Positions 9,569 to 19,897 of a DNA stretch of 64,000 nucleotides are shown here, piece by piece. The notes under the pieces are model-generated. The model did not search any database, was not told the origin of the DNA, and saw only the letters and a list, made by a program, of their open reading frames with translations. Location: NCBI GenBank assembly GCA_963833985.1, contig CAWIAD010000002.1, positions 4,864,001 through 4,928,000 of the forward strand. Reading direction: 5' to 3'. Numbering within the stretch: position 1 is the first letter of the stretch; each line of letters starts with the position of its first letter. The DNA comes from an uncultured Planctomycetaceae bacterium. GTDB taxonomy: Bacteria > Planctomycetota > Planctomycetia > Isosphaerales > Isosphaeraceae. The translations under genes were made by a program, and so were the position numbers.

Positions 9569-11119
9569 ATGAAACGAGCCGCGTCGGCGCGAGCGGTCTG
9601 CATGTTTCCCCTGGTCCTTTGCCTCGTTGCGACGGCCATTCCAGCGCGCGGGCAGCCGGCGACGGCCTCTGTTCCGCGATCGCTGCAAGCGGAGAATCTC
9701 AGGCCTGGCGCCAGCGACTGGCAATTGACCCGGGTGCGTCCGGACAGGGATGGATTCCGTTCGCCCTGGATTGAGGGCTACTGTTCCCGGCAGAGCGTGG
9801 GTGCGGGAGAATCGATCGCCGTCATGGTCTCGACGGACCCGCCGCGCCGGTTTCAGGCCGAGATCTTCCGGATGGGGTACTACGGTGGGCGCGGAGCGCG
9901 CTGGATGAAGACGCTCGGGCCGTTCGAAGGCAAGCTCCAGCGCCCGCCAGCCGCGGGCGCGAAGAATCTGCACGAGTGCCTGTGGGAGCCGGCTTTCCAG
10001 TTCACGATTCCCGAAGACTGGCCGAGCGGCGTTTACCTCGGCCGCCTCACTACGCTCGTCGATCCCGCGGTCGAGCCCTACTGGCAGAGCTATGTCATCT
10101 TCATCGTTCGCGACGAGCGGCCGGCCGATGTCCTGGTCCAGTGCTCCGACAACACCTGGCAGGCCTATAACCGCTGGCCCAGCAAGGACTCGCTCTACAC
10201 CCATCCCAAGGGAAATCAGGGGCCGTGGGCCGACGTCAGCTTTGACCGGCCCTACGGCCGCGAGGCCCAGTACGATGCCGTGGTCAACGACCCGCTCACC
10301 TTTGGATCCGGTGAGTTTCTGCCTCTCGAGTTCCCGCTCGTTTACTGGCTGGAAGCGCAGGGTTACGACGTGACATACTGCTCGAACAGCGACATGCTGG
10401 TGCCGGAACGCGGACTCAAGTGCAGGTCGTTCATCAGCGTGGGGCACGACGAGTACTGGAACATTCGCCAGTTGCAGAGCGTGACGGCCCTGCGCGATGC
10501 GGGTGTGAGCCTGCTCTTTCTCTCTGGCAATGCCATCTGCTGGGTGGCACCATTCCGCGCCGCGGCGGACGGGCGGCCGAACCGGATACTCTACCGCGGC
10601 GGACCCTTCGGCGGCGGCAGGCCGCATGCGGTCCAGCGGGACAGGGAGCACGGGCCCTTCCCCGAGCATGGCCCCGACGAGGGACTGCTGCTGGGAGCGC
10701 GGAACGTCGAGCCGGTCAATGGCGGAGGCGACTGGGTGGTGCTGCAACCGAAGCACTGGATCTTCGCGGGGACAGGCATGAAGGCCGGCGACCGGATCCC
10801 GGGGCTGGTCGGCTGGGAGTATCATGGCGATCCGGCCGCGATCGCCGGGCTGGTAGTCGTGGCGGGAGGAACCGCCTGGGTCGGCGGCGAGAAACCCCAG
10901 CGCTGGACGGCGACCATCTACGAGGGTCCGAAGGGGAACTTCGTCTTCAATGCCGCGACCATCTTCTGGGCCCAGGGGCTCTCCGCACCGCCCGGCCACA
11001 CCCTGCCCTGGTCGCACGGCTCACGGCCGCACGGGCCGGACCGGCGGGTTCAAACGATCACGCGGAACCTGCTCGATCGGGCGATCGGCAAGCAAGCTCG
11101 CGAGCGGACGGGCCGTTGA
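9569..11119 (+). CDS. Secreted N,N-dimethylformamidase beta-subunit-like (DUF6605-type) protein
   Basis: IEGYCSRQSV, FRMGYYGGRGAR, WPSGVYL, NTWQAYNRW, VSFDRPY, SVGHDEYW and LSGNAICW motifs. The ORF is open from 9449; the start was chosen at the signal peptide. Confidence 0.75.
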   Translation: MKRAASARAVCMFPLVLCLVATAIPARGQPATASVPRSLQAENLRPGASDWQLTRVRPDRDGFRSPWIEGYCSRQSVGAGESIAVMVSTDPPRRFQAEIFRMGYYGGRGARWMKTLGPFEGKLQRPPAAGAKNLHECLWEPAFQFTIPEDWPSGVYLGRLTTLVDPAVEPYWQSYVIFIVRDERPADVLVQCSDNTWQAYNRWPSKDSLYTHPKGNQGPWADVSFDRPYGREAQYDAVVNDPLTFGSGEFLPLEFPLVYWLEAQGYDVTYCSNSDMLVPERGLKCRSFISVGHDEYWNIRQLQSVTALRDAGVSLLFLSGNAICWVAPFRAAADGRPNRILYRGGPFGGGRPHAVQRDREHGPFPEHGPDEGLLLGARNVEPVNGGGDWVVLQPKHWIFAGTGMKAGDRIPGLVGWEYHGDPAAIAGLVVVAGGTAWVGGEKPQRWTATIYEGPKGNFVFNAATIFWAQGLSAPPGHTLPWSHGSRPHGPDRRVQTITRNLLDRAIGKQARERTGR

Positions 11120-11140
11120 TCGGTCCAGATCGTTCGCAGC

Positions 11141-13368
11141 TCACACCCATCCATGCCGTTTCCGCAGCCACCATTCCAGGGTGAGGAGGGCGGCGAAGAC
11201 GAGCAGAAAGGGCCAGTTGTCCCAGACCCTGTGCTCGGTGGGACTGAGGTACTCGGTATAGCCTGACTGGTCGATGCCCTTGACGTACTTGCCCAGCGCT
11301 TCCAGGGCGACCGCCTCTCCACCGGTGATCTCGGCGATCTGTCGCGCAAGCGCCAGGTCCGCGGAGGGGTTCTCCAGCTCACGGTCGTCCTGGTAGACCA
11401 GGAAGCGGGACGAGTCGCGGCCGACCTCCTGACCGTTCTGGCTGGCGACGACCGAGATCTTGTAGTCGCCGGGCTGACCGGTGGCCGGATAGGAACCCTT
11501 GGCCTCGTCGCCCTGGGTGTAGAGTTCGACGGGCTCGGGCGTGGGGCTCAAACCCTCGCGCTCAACCTTCGTCACATAGGTCAGGCCGGTCAGAGGAGAC
11601 CCCTTGGCGTCGCGGGCGGTGACCGTCAGGTCCACCGTCTGGCCCACGCTCAAACGCCTGCGGTCGAGCACCAGCTTGACCTGGTTGTCTCCCTGATTTT
11701 CCTTGTGCGAGAGCCAGAAGATCACCTGTCTCCAGAACTTGCGATGGGCAATCCGGCCTTCCTCCATGCCCCGGGCCCAGACCCAGGTGTCGCCACCGTA
11801 GGCGATCACGCGCCCTGCCCCCGGGCCGTCCATGGAGACCAGGAGCGGCTCGGGATGGTCGCCCGGCGTTTGGGCGAGGATCTCGGCACCCTTTTTCGGC
11901 TCTCCAAAGCGGTTCGTGCCCAGAATCGGCGGCAGCATGTCCCACAGCTTGGCTGTCTCGGCGCGGGTGGCGCCGATCTGGAGCAGGTAGCTGGTCAGGC
12001 CGTTGTTGCTGGGCACGAACTTGATGCCGCCTTCCGGTTCGAGCTGTCCGTCGCCAGGATGGATCTCGACCGGCAAGATGTCCGCGAGGTCGGTCTGGGC
12101 CCAGCCTCCCGCGCCGAAGCTGGTGCGGCCGCCCAGCATCATCAGCCCCGCGCCACCCTTCACGGCCTCGGCCAGGAGCCGGTGCTGGTGCGGGGCCAGC
12201 AAGTCGGCCGGCAGATCGCTCAGGACATAGACGTTGTAACGGCCCTTGGCGAACTCGGCGTCGTCGATCTCGCTGGCCTCGCCCCGCGCGGGTCGGCGGA
12301 TCACCACGCCTTCCACCTGAATGTCCCGCGACGTCATGATCGACCGCATCAGGAAGCGGTAGTCCCAGGTGAAGTTCGGGCCTTGCAGGAACATGACGTT
12401 GAGCCCGCCGCTGAGGACCGTGACGAACGTGCTCATCTCGTTGTTCGTGGTGACGAGCTCTCCCTCCAGCGGCGTGACCTTGATGGTGACCTTCTTCTCA
12501 CCGGGTGTCTGGGGAATCATCTTCAGGCCGGTGATCGGCACGGTGGTCGCGCCCTCGGGGACGCGCACCTGGGTCTTGGCCGCGGACTGGCCATCGATCA
12601 GGAGCTCCACCTCGATTGGCTTGTTCGCGAAGCCGCGTGCCATGAGCGTGCCGCGCACTTCCATCTGGTTCTTGACAAAGACGGTGAGGCCGGTGGCAAT
12701 GTCGCGAACGGCGATGTCCCTGGAGCCCGAGGCGGCCTTCTCGGTTCCCAGCCCCACGGTCACCGCCGGAACCTGCTGGTCGCGCAGCCGCGCACGGCGA
12801 CCAGGGGATTGAGACCGTTGTTGGAGGCGAAGTCAGAGAGGATCACCATCCGCGCGATGTGCTTGTTGTTCTGGGCCTCGCGCTTCTCGGCCTCGAGCAT
12901 GGCAGGACCGAGGTCGGTCTCGTGGCCTTCGGGCTGGACGGCCTTATCGTCGAGCTTCGCCTCGCGCAGGTTGGAGTCGAACTGGTAGACCTTGACTTCC
13001 AGGTTCGGACCCAGCGACTTCGCGGTCTCGAGCGCCTGGTCCAGCGCCGCGCGGGCCACGGTCCACCGCGACTGTCCGCGCAACTCGTCGCCGGAGAGCA
13101 TGCTGGTGCTCGAATCGAGCAGGAAGACCAGTGAGGCGGCCTGCTTCTTCTTCTCCTGAAGGATGACTGACGGCCGCAGGGCGGCGAGCAGGCAGAGCAG
13201 AAGTGCCAGCAACCGGAGGCCGAGGGCGAACCAGCGCCAGGCTCCGCTCGAACCGCGCAGCTTGCGCAGGTAGGCCCAGAGCGTGAGCACCAGGACCAGG
13301 AGCGCGGCTGCGACCAGAAGCACCCAGGGGCCAATCGGATTGAGGCTGACGCTGATCGTCTTGAGCAT
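11141..13368 (-). CDS. Membrane protein with vWA-like and glutamine-amidotransferase-like (DUF1355-type) domains, frameshifted near 12791
   Basis: N-terminal TM pair (LRLLALLLCLLAALRP), MIDAS-like LLDSSTSM and ILSDFASN, GAGLMMLGG, C-terminal EWWLRKRHG. ORFs 12760-13368 and 11141-12763 join with one base. Confidence 0.8.
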
Positions 13369-13404
13369 AGTGGTCGATCGGAGAGGAGGCGAAGGGTCAG
13401 GAAC

Positions 13405-15606
13405 TCAGGCCGACGCACCGGCCTGTGCGGGCCGGGGCACTTCCTTGTAGAAGGTGTTCGCCAGCAAGTTCTCGAGAGTCACGATGAGCAGGATGAGCAT
13501 CATCAGCCAGGGGAAAAGCTCGTTGCCTACCCGAACCTTTTCCTGATATTTCTCCAGCGCGGCGGTGTCCTCGGCCAGGGCGTAACCGTCCTTGCCGAAG
13601 ATGACGTCCAGGTCTTTGGGCTCAAGCGGAGTGAACTTGCTCTCGGAGACCGGGGCGTTGAGGCTGAAGCCCAGCTTGGTCTGATGGTTCTCGGCATCCT
13701 TGGCCATGACGGTCCACTGGCCAAGCATTTGCGGTGCCACGATCTCCAGGTAATCGCTGGTGGCCGAGGGCGCCAGGGCGTCCGGGCTCTTGCTCTCTGG
13801 TCCCATGAGCAGGAAGTTCTGGTAGCGTGCGCCGGGTCCAAGGGAAAGCAGCACATTCTCGCCGGCCTCGAAATCGAGCTGCTCATTGGATGTTCCGGCC
13901 AGGTAGGGGACGGTCTCATTCATGAGGGCCAGGAAGGCCCAACCGTAGGTTGGCAGGGGAAACTCATTCCAGGCACCGCGATCGGTACGCCGGGAGCGCC
14001 GGGCCAGCGGGGTGGTCCAGAGCAGAACGCGGCCGGTCTTGGCTCCCTTGAATGTCCGCTCCAGGAGCGCAGGAGCGCCGTCAGCGTAGCTCAGGAGGAC
14101 ACGCGCCACTTCCGACGGCTTGACGGCCCAGTAGCGGTAGATCGGCACGAGGGCGAGCTGCGGGTCGATCTCCTTGGCATAGTCCTTGAACAGCGGGTGG
14201 GTGACGTCCGCCACCTTGCCGAAGGTGGTCTCCTTGGCCGGGCGGCTCATTTCGAGCTCCGCGGGGAGCATCTGGCTGGCCGTCGGGCCGTTGTAATTCG
14301 CGGGGTTGCAGCGGTCGCCGAGGCCGAAGACCAGGCCCCCGCCCTCGTGCACGTAGCCGTTGAGCAGCCCCCAGGCATCCTCGTCCGGCAGTGCCTCGAC
14401 GTTGAGCACGAAAACCGCGGCGTAGTCCTTGAGGGTGTCGCGGAAGCGGTCGAGCAAGTCCGCGGGGCGCACGCGGTCGATCTGGTAGCCGCTGGCGGCC
14501 GAGGGCGTCGGCTCGGGGTCGAGCGCGAAGGAAACGAACTCGGCGTCGGACGGCTGGTCGGAGATGAGCAACACCTTGTACGCCGGCCGCACCTTGAAGG
14601 TAAAGTAGCGGCGGTCGTCGAACTCCAGCGGGTCGGGCGTGCCGGCAAGGCGCAGCTCGCCGCGATGAAGATCGCCTTCGGGCAACCGGGGGGGCGTTGG
14701 AAAGCTCACCTCCTGCTGCCCGCCTGGCGGCAGTTCGACCGGCTTCTCCCCCTTCTTCACTCCATCCAGGTAGAACTCGACAACCCGCGTGACCGGCTTG
14801 GTTCCCTGGGCGCGGACCTGTCCCTTGACCTCGACCGACTCACCCTGGGTGACGAAGCTCTTCGCCGGCTGGGCCGTGTCGAGGGCCACGTCGCTGATCT
14901 CCGGCGAACCAAGCCGTACGATGAAGGTGGCGATCTTGCCGCTCGGAGTCGACTTCGCCCTGGCAACCTTGTCGAGGCCCTCGGCCGGCTGCTCGGGGCT
15001 CCAGGACGACCTCGACAGGTCGGTCAGCACGTACACCTCGTGGCGCGGGCGGTCGCAGTCGACGACGGCCGGGTAAACCTGCCCCATCACCGCGTTCAGG
15101 GGACGGTTCACGGGGCGGATGGTGAGGTTTTCGATCCACTTGCGGGCCGCGGCCGGCGTCAGCCCGACCGGAACGCCGGGGTCGGCCGAGTTCACCGGAA
15201 AGACCAGACTGGAATCGGGAATCTGGTCCAGGATCGCCCGCGCTCGCTCCTTGGCAAGGTCGAGCCGGGTCTTGTCGTTCTCCTTGTAGCTCATTGACAG
15301 GCTGGTGTCGAAGACCAGCCCGAGCGCCGTGGGTACCGACTGGTCGCCCAGGGGCATCTGCGAATAGAGCCTGGGCCGAGCCAGGGCCAGCGCCATCAGC
15401 GCCAGCACCGCCATCCGTGCCAGCAGCAGGAGCCAGTTCTTCACCCGCAGCCGTTTCTTGGACCGCTTCTGGCGCTCGCGCACCAGCCGCAGTGCGGGGA
15501 AGATGACATGCTTGGGCGTCTGCCGCATGAAGAGATGCAGGATCACCGGCAAGGCGGCAAGGGCCGCACCGGCCGCCAGACCCGCATTGATCATCGAGAA
15601 TTCCAT
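13405..15606 (-). CDS. BatA (aerotolerance N-terminal) and vWA domain protein
   Basis: PVILHLF..FPALRLV..LLLLARM..LALARP N-terminus, DTSLSM MIDAS motif, VYVLTDL, C-terminal TM helix. Confidence 0.85.
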   Translation of the reverse strand: MEFSMINAGLAAGAALAALPVILHLFMRQTPKHVIFPALRLVRERQKRSKKRLRVKNWLLLLARMAVLALMALALARPRLYSQMPLGDQSVPTALGLVFDTSLSMSYKENDKTRLDLAKERARAILDQIPDSSLVFPVNSADPGVPVGLTPAAARKWIENLTIRPVNRPLNAVMGQVYPAVVDCDRPRHEVYVLTDLSRSSWSPEQPAEGLDKVARAKSTPSGKIATFIVRLGSPEISDVALDTAQPAKSFVTQGESVEVKGQVRAQGTKPVTRVVEFYLDGVKKGEKPVELPPGGQQEVSFPTPPRLPEGDLHRGELRLAGTPDPLEFDDRRYFTFKVRPAYKVLLISDQPSDAEFVSFALDPEPTPSAASGYQIDRVRPADLLDRFRDTLKDYAAVFVLNVEALPDEDAWGLLNGYVHEGGGLVFGLGDRCNPANYNGPTASQMLPAELEMSRPAKETTFGKVADVTHPLFKDYAKEIDPQLALVPIYRYWAVKPSEVARVLLSYADGAPALLERTFKGAKTGRVLLWTTPLARRSRRTDRGAWNEFPLPTYGWAFLALMNETVPYLAGTSNEQLDFEAGENVLLSLGPGARYQNFLLMGPESKSPDALAPSATSDYLEIVAPQMLGQWTVMAKDAENHQTKLGFSLNAPVSESKFTPLEPKDLDVIFGKDGYALAEDTAALEKYQEKVRVGNELFPWLMMLILLIVTLENLLANTFYKEVPRPAQAGASA

Positions 15607-15612
15607 GCGCCG

Positions 15613-16512
15613 TCACCCCCGAGCCTGGCGGCTGAGCAAGTAAGACATGAGCGCCTTGTCGAACGGCATCCCCGTGTGAAGGGGGACGTAGTCGATGCGG
15701 GCGCGAACGCAATCGGTCCGGTAGCCGTTCTGAAAGCTCTCGACCTCCGCCAGGTAGTCGGCCTTGATCGCGTCAGCGTCCACTTCCAGGATCTCCCGCG
15801 TCTCATTGTCCTCCAGCTTGAGCATTCCCTGGAAGGGGAACATGGCCTCGGCCTCGTCAAGGACGTGAAACACGATCACATCGTGGCCCGAGAACCGCAG
15901 CCTGTGCAACGCCCGCAGGACAGGTGCGTTATCGGCGAGCAGGTCGCTGAAGATCATCACCAGGCTGCGATGGCGGATCATGCTCGCCACCTGGTGCAGG
16001 CTGGCCTCGATGTCGGTCTCACCCTCCGGCTTCAGCTTGGCGAGCAGCGACAGCACGTTGCCAAGCTGCGATCGCTTGCTCCCCGGCGCCAGGCTCTGGC
16101 GAATCTTCTGATCGAAGGCGACCAGGCCCACCGGGTCTTGCTGATGGATCATCAGGTAGCAAAGTGCGGCCGCCAGGCTGATGCTGTACTCGAACTTGGT
16201 GAGCTCTTGCCGGTAGGTGTAGCCCATCGAGCCGGAAAGGTCCATCACCAGGTAGCCGGTGAGATTGGTCTCGGCCTGAAACTTCTTGATGTAGAAGCGG
16301 TCGGTCTTGGCGTAAACGTTCCAGTCCACGTCCGAGATGTTGTCTCCGGCGGTGTACTTGCGATGCTCGGAGAACTCGACCGAGAACCCCTGGAAGGGGC
16401 TGGCGTGCAAGCCCGCGATGAAGCCCTCGACGATGAACTTGGCCCGCAGATCAAGCCGCGCCACCTGGCGGATGACCTCGGGCTTCAGATACTTTTCCGC
16501 GGTTCCAGGCAT
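15613..16512 (-). CDS. DUF58 domain protein (MoxR-associated)
   Basis: GLHASPFQGFSVEFSEHRKYTAGD..VDWNVYAKTDRFYIKKFQAETN, DLSGSM, IFSDLL. Confidence 0.92.
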   Translation of the reverse strand: MPGTAEKYLKPEVIRQVARLDLRAKFIVEGFIAGLHASPFQGFSVEFSEHRKYTAGDNISDVDWNVYAKTDRFYIKKFQAETNLTGYLVMDLSGSMGYTYRQELTKFEYSISLAAALCYLMIHQQDPVGLVAFDQKIRQSLAPGSKRSQLGNVLSLLAKLKPEGETDIEASLHQVASMIRHRSLVMIFSDLLADNAPVLRALHRLRFSGHDVIVFHVLDEAEAMFPFQGMLKLEDNETREILEVDADAIKADYLAEVESFQNGYRTDCVRARIDYVPLHTGMPFDKALMSYLLSRQARG

Positions 16513-16949
16513 CAAGCCTCCACTTTGGTTTCGGTACGCCCGAGTTCGAGAAGCCTGGCCGCCGAGGTCGCGATCAAGACTTTATGGTCGGGATTCCAGT
16601 TCGTGACGATGCCGACCAGCCGGCTCGCCTCGGGTGTCCACTCCGTGGTGCTTCTTCCTGACGCGCCGAGCCGCCACACCGGACTTCCGCTCAGACCGAA
16701 GGCCCCGCTGGGCCGATGCCCCGGGGCGAGGGCCTGATGGTTCTCGGCCGGTTCGAACACCCGCGACCAATCGTCGATCATGCTATGCGGTGTCTTATGA
16801 CCAATAAAATGCTCCGGCTCGACCCAAGAATTCAGGGCAAATTGGCAAGGCTTCGGAAAGCCTCGCGGAAGAAACTCATAGCCCGGCAGGTCTCGATCGA
16901 ACTGCTCCGGCTCCTCCGGGCTGATGTCAGACTCGCGGTACCTGACCAT
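16512..16949 (-). pseudogene. Remnant of a trypsin-like serine protease-type gene
   Basis: GLSGSPVW...LVGIV C-terminal pattern. The upstream part of the frame has TAG and TAA stops and runs into the IS remnant. Its stop overlaps the DUF58 start (TGATG). Confidence 0.45.
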
Positions 16950-17100
16950 GGGGATTGGCCAGGTTTCCCAACCGTGTCTTTGACCATTCTAGGCGTCAGG
17001 TTATCCTCCCGGCCAGAACCGCTCCGGTAGACCAGCCACGTCATCGACCGTCGCTATTCTTTCGATCGTAGTGCACTCGTGCCGCCTGACCAGATCGTTT

Positions 17101-17465
17101 CTACCCCTTGACCAAGCGTGAGACGTGGACCAACCTGGTCGAAATCCGGGAAAAAACTCGAAAACCTACGGAGATTTTGAAATAATGTAGGTTCGAACAC
17201 ATCCTCACTATTCCAAGCAACGGAGGCTTTCGAGTGAATCCTGCTATCTCCAGGAAGACCGGAAACACAAGCGCAAAAAGAGACGAGAACGCAACCGCAA
17301 AATCCTCAACGAACGCAAACGGAGAGTCCTCGACGAGGTCTACCTCAACGCCCTGGGCACCCAGCGCATCCCCGACCCCACGACGGCCGGGAAATTCTGC
17401 CGTCGCTGCTCCGAGGCCCACGTCGTGACCTTGATGGACGCCATCAATCAAACGCGGCTGAGAAA
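17101..17465 (+). mobile_element. IS1380-family transposase remnant (internally deleted)
   Basis: 17332-17463 translates DEVYLNALGTQRIPDPTTAGKFCRRCSEAHVVTLMDAINQTRLR, which I recognise as IS1380-type. It is preceded by a basic N-terminal fragment and an AT-richer end region. No DDE core remains; boundaries are approximate. Confidence 0.65.
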
Positions 17466-17553
17466 GCCAGGGGCCAGGGCCTCCGGGTAGTCGAAGGTAC
17501 GTGATCGATGGAATCACATGATTACTTTCATTGTACATATTTCGAATAATATA

Positions 17554-18201
17554 TTACGCTTGTTTTGGGTTTAGTCTTGGAAGGAGCACGATCCGGCAGT
17601 TGTTCACATCCAGGGCGAGGTAGAGCAGAATGTCGACCGGAACCTCGAGGCCAGGAAGCAAGCGACTCCCATAGCGATCGCCGGGATGAAGCACGGTCTT
17701 GCGATACCTGCCTGCTACGTCGACGTACACAGTGACCCGACGCCGCATCCGATCAATGATGACGTATTCGTACACTCCGAGCCGATGATACTCTCTGCGT
17801 TTCTTGACGTAATCCCGTTCGCGCGACGCACGGCCAGGGCTCACGACCTCGAAGACCATCTCTGGAGCCCGCTGAGGACGTGCCAGCCCTGATCGGTTAC
17901 CGACCAGAAAAACGCCGATGTCCCCGATCCGATCTGTCCCTGCATCCACGCGGACCCAGCATTCCGAGGCGACCAATTCCACGAGTTCGGGATGAGCCAG
18001 CCGGTAAGCCCCCAGATAGTCGCGCATTGGTTCGGAGCTGAAATCATGCTCGGGACTGTCAGGAGGCATGACGACAAGCCTTCCTTCCTCGCGCTCGTAA
18101 CTCCAACGGGGTTCGAATTCGGCTTCCTCGAATTCCTCGGCCGAGACAGATCGGCCGGAGTCGTCGGGACCGAGGAGTAGTATGGGTCGTTGAGTCGCCA
18201 T
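17554..18201 (-). CDS. Uma2 (DUF820) family endonuclease-like protein
   Basis: YEREEGRLVVMPP..EHD, APEMVFEVVSPG..RDYVKKRREYHRLGVYEYVIID, SRLLPGLEV. Confidence 0.9.
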   Translation of the reverse strand: MATQRPILLLGPDDSGRSVSAEEFEEAEFEPRWSYEREEGRLVVMPPDSPEHDFSSEPMRDYLGAYRLAHPELVELVASECWVRVDAGTDRIGDIGVFLVGNRSGLARPQRAPEMVFEVVSPGRASRERDYVKKRREYHRLGVYEYVIIDRMRRRVTVYVDVAGRYRKTVLHPGDRYGSRLLPGLEVPVDILLYLALDVNNCRIVLLPRLNPKQA

Positions 18202-18245
18202 AACTCAGCCTCCAGGTGGAGTCGCTCGCCGCCATGACTTCCGGA

Positions 18246-19268
18246 CTATTTCCTCTCGTACTTCGGGGTCTCCGGCTCACGGATCTCGGTCAAGAGCCGC
18301 TTCACGAGACTCTCGGTGGACTGGCCTTCCGCCTGCGCCTGGAAGTTGGTGCTGATGCGGTGGCGAAGCACGGGGATGGCCACCTTGCGGATGTCGTCGA
18401 GCGAGACGCTGAACCGCCCGTCCATCGCCGCCATGGCCTTGCCGGCCAGGATCAGGTTCTGCCCGGCGCACGGGCCTGCACCATAGTCGATCAGCTCCTT
18501 GACGAACTGAGGCGCTTTCTCGTCGTTGGGACGCGTTGCCCGCACCAGCCGGGTCACGTAATCGACGGTGTACTCCGACACGGGCACCGAGGTGACCAGC
18601 TTCTGAAGGTTGACGATGGCCTTGCCGGAGAGCACCTTCTTGAGATCGGGGACCTCGCCTTTGGTCGTGGACAGGAGGATCCTCTTCTCCTCCTCAAGCG
18701 AGGGGTAGCCGACGCGGATATCGAACATGAAGCGGTCAAGCTGCGCCTCGGGCAGCGGATAGGTTCCCTCTTGCTCGATCGGGTTCTGGGTCGCGATCAC
18801 GAAGAACGGATCGGGCAGATGCAGCGTGTCTTGCCCCACCGTGACCTCGCGCTCCTGCATGGCTTGAAGCAAGGCTGCCTGGGTTTTCGGCGGCGTCCGG
18901 TTAATCTCGTCGGCCAGGATGATGTTGGCGAAGATCGGCCCCGGCACGAACCGGAATGAGCGCCGGCCGGCCTCCGGTTCTTCCAGCACGTTCGTCCCGG
19001 TGATGTCCGAGGGCATCAGGTCAGGGGTGAACTGGATGCGCTTGAAGCTGACGTCCAGGATTCGCGCAATCGAGCTGACCATGAGCGTCTTGGCCAGACC
19101 GGGCACGCCCACGAGCAGCACATGTCCGCGCGTGAAGATGGACGCGAGGATCAGTTCGATCACGTCGCGCTGGCCAATGATGACCTTGTTCAGTTCGGCC
19201 ACCATGACGTCGCGAGAGTGCCGAAACTCGTCAAGGAGCTGCGTGATCCGGTCGCCCGCTGTTGACAT
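18246..19268 (-). CDS. moxR: MoxR family AAA+ ATPase
   Basis: GVPGLAKT Walker A, RIQFTPDLMPSDITG, LADEINRTPPKTQAALL, ATQNPIEQEGTYPLPEAQLDRF, PVLRHRI. Confidence 0.96.
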   Translation of the reverse strand: MSTAGDRITQLLDEFRHSRDVMVAELNKVIIGQRDVIELILASIFTRGHVLLVGVPGLAKTLMVSSIARILDVSFKRIQFTPDLMPSDITGTNVLEEPEAGRRSFRFVPGPIFANIILADEINRTPPKTQAALLQAMQEREVTVGQDTLHLPDPFFVIATQNPIEQEGTYPLPEAQLDRFMFDIRVGYPSLEEEKRILLSTTKGEVPDLKKVLSGKAIVNLQKLVTSVPVSEYTVDYVTRLVRATRPNDEKAPQFVKELIDYGAGPCAGQNLILAGKAMAAMDGRFSVSLDDIRKVAIPVLRHRISTNFQAQAEGQSTESLVKRLLTEIREPETPKYERK

Positions 19269-19897
19269 GCGTATATCCGAGTTCACCAGTGAATGGAAAC
19301 AGTTCCGAAACTGGAAGTTACGACGGGCAAGCCCGCCACGCGCGCCGCTCGGGCCGGAAATTCAACCACGGGAGTGAGCGGCGACGAATGATCAGGTTCC
19401 GGTCATTGTAGCGCCGCGTGAACGTGTGATTCAAGCGCGCGGACCGCATCGCCAGTCGAATCACCCAGGGTTCCCGGTCTCATCCTCACGCGCGAGCAGC
19501 CAACCAGGATCGCGCATCGGGTCCTATCCTATGGACCCACGGTCTCATTCACTTTGCCCGAATCTCTTGCCTGAAGAGGTTTTCCGCGCAGTGACCGGTC
19601 GCCTCAGCCGCGAATGCATGCGTGCACTAGGGTGAGCAACGGGCGGACCCGTGCGTGAGTTGCTGTCGATTCCAATCCCCACGGCACGGGTCTTGCCGTT
19701 GTATCGCTATATTATTAGTAGGAGGCTGACACGAGAGCATACTGCCGGTGATTGTTCTAGGATAGGATTGATCTGGTCCCACCACACTCCAGGCCTTGCG
19801 TGCCGGTGGTCGTCTGCCGGCAACCCGCCCTGCATTCCGATGGGCTTCGCGCATCGGGACAATGCTGTCACGTGGCCTGCCCACCATGGAGAAAGTG

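Noticed and set aside
19290..19890. Short hairpins and ORFs between moxR and the divergent gene
   Set aside because: The pairing is no more than expected for GC-rich DNA and the ORFs lack coding features. This is likely a divergent promoter region.
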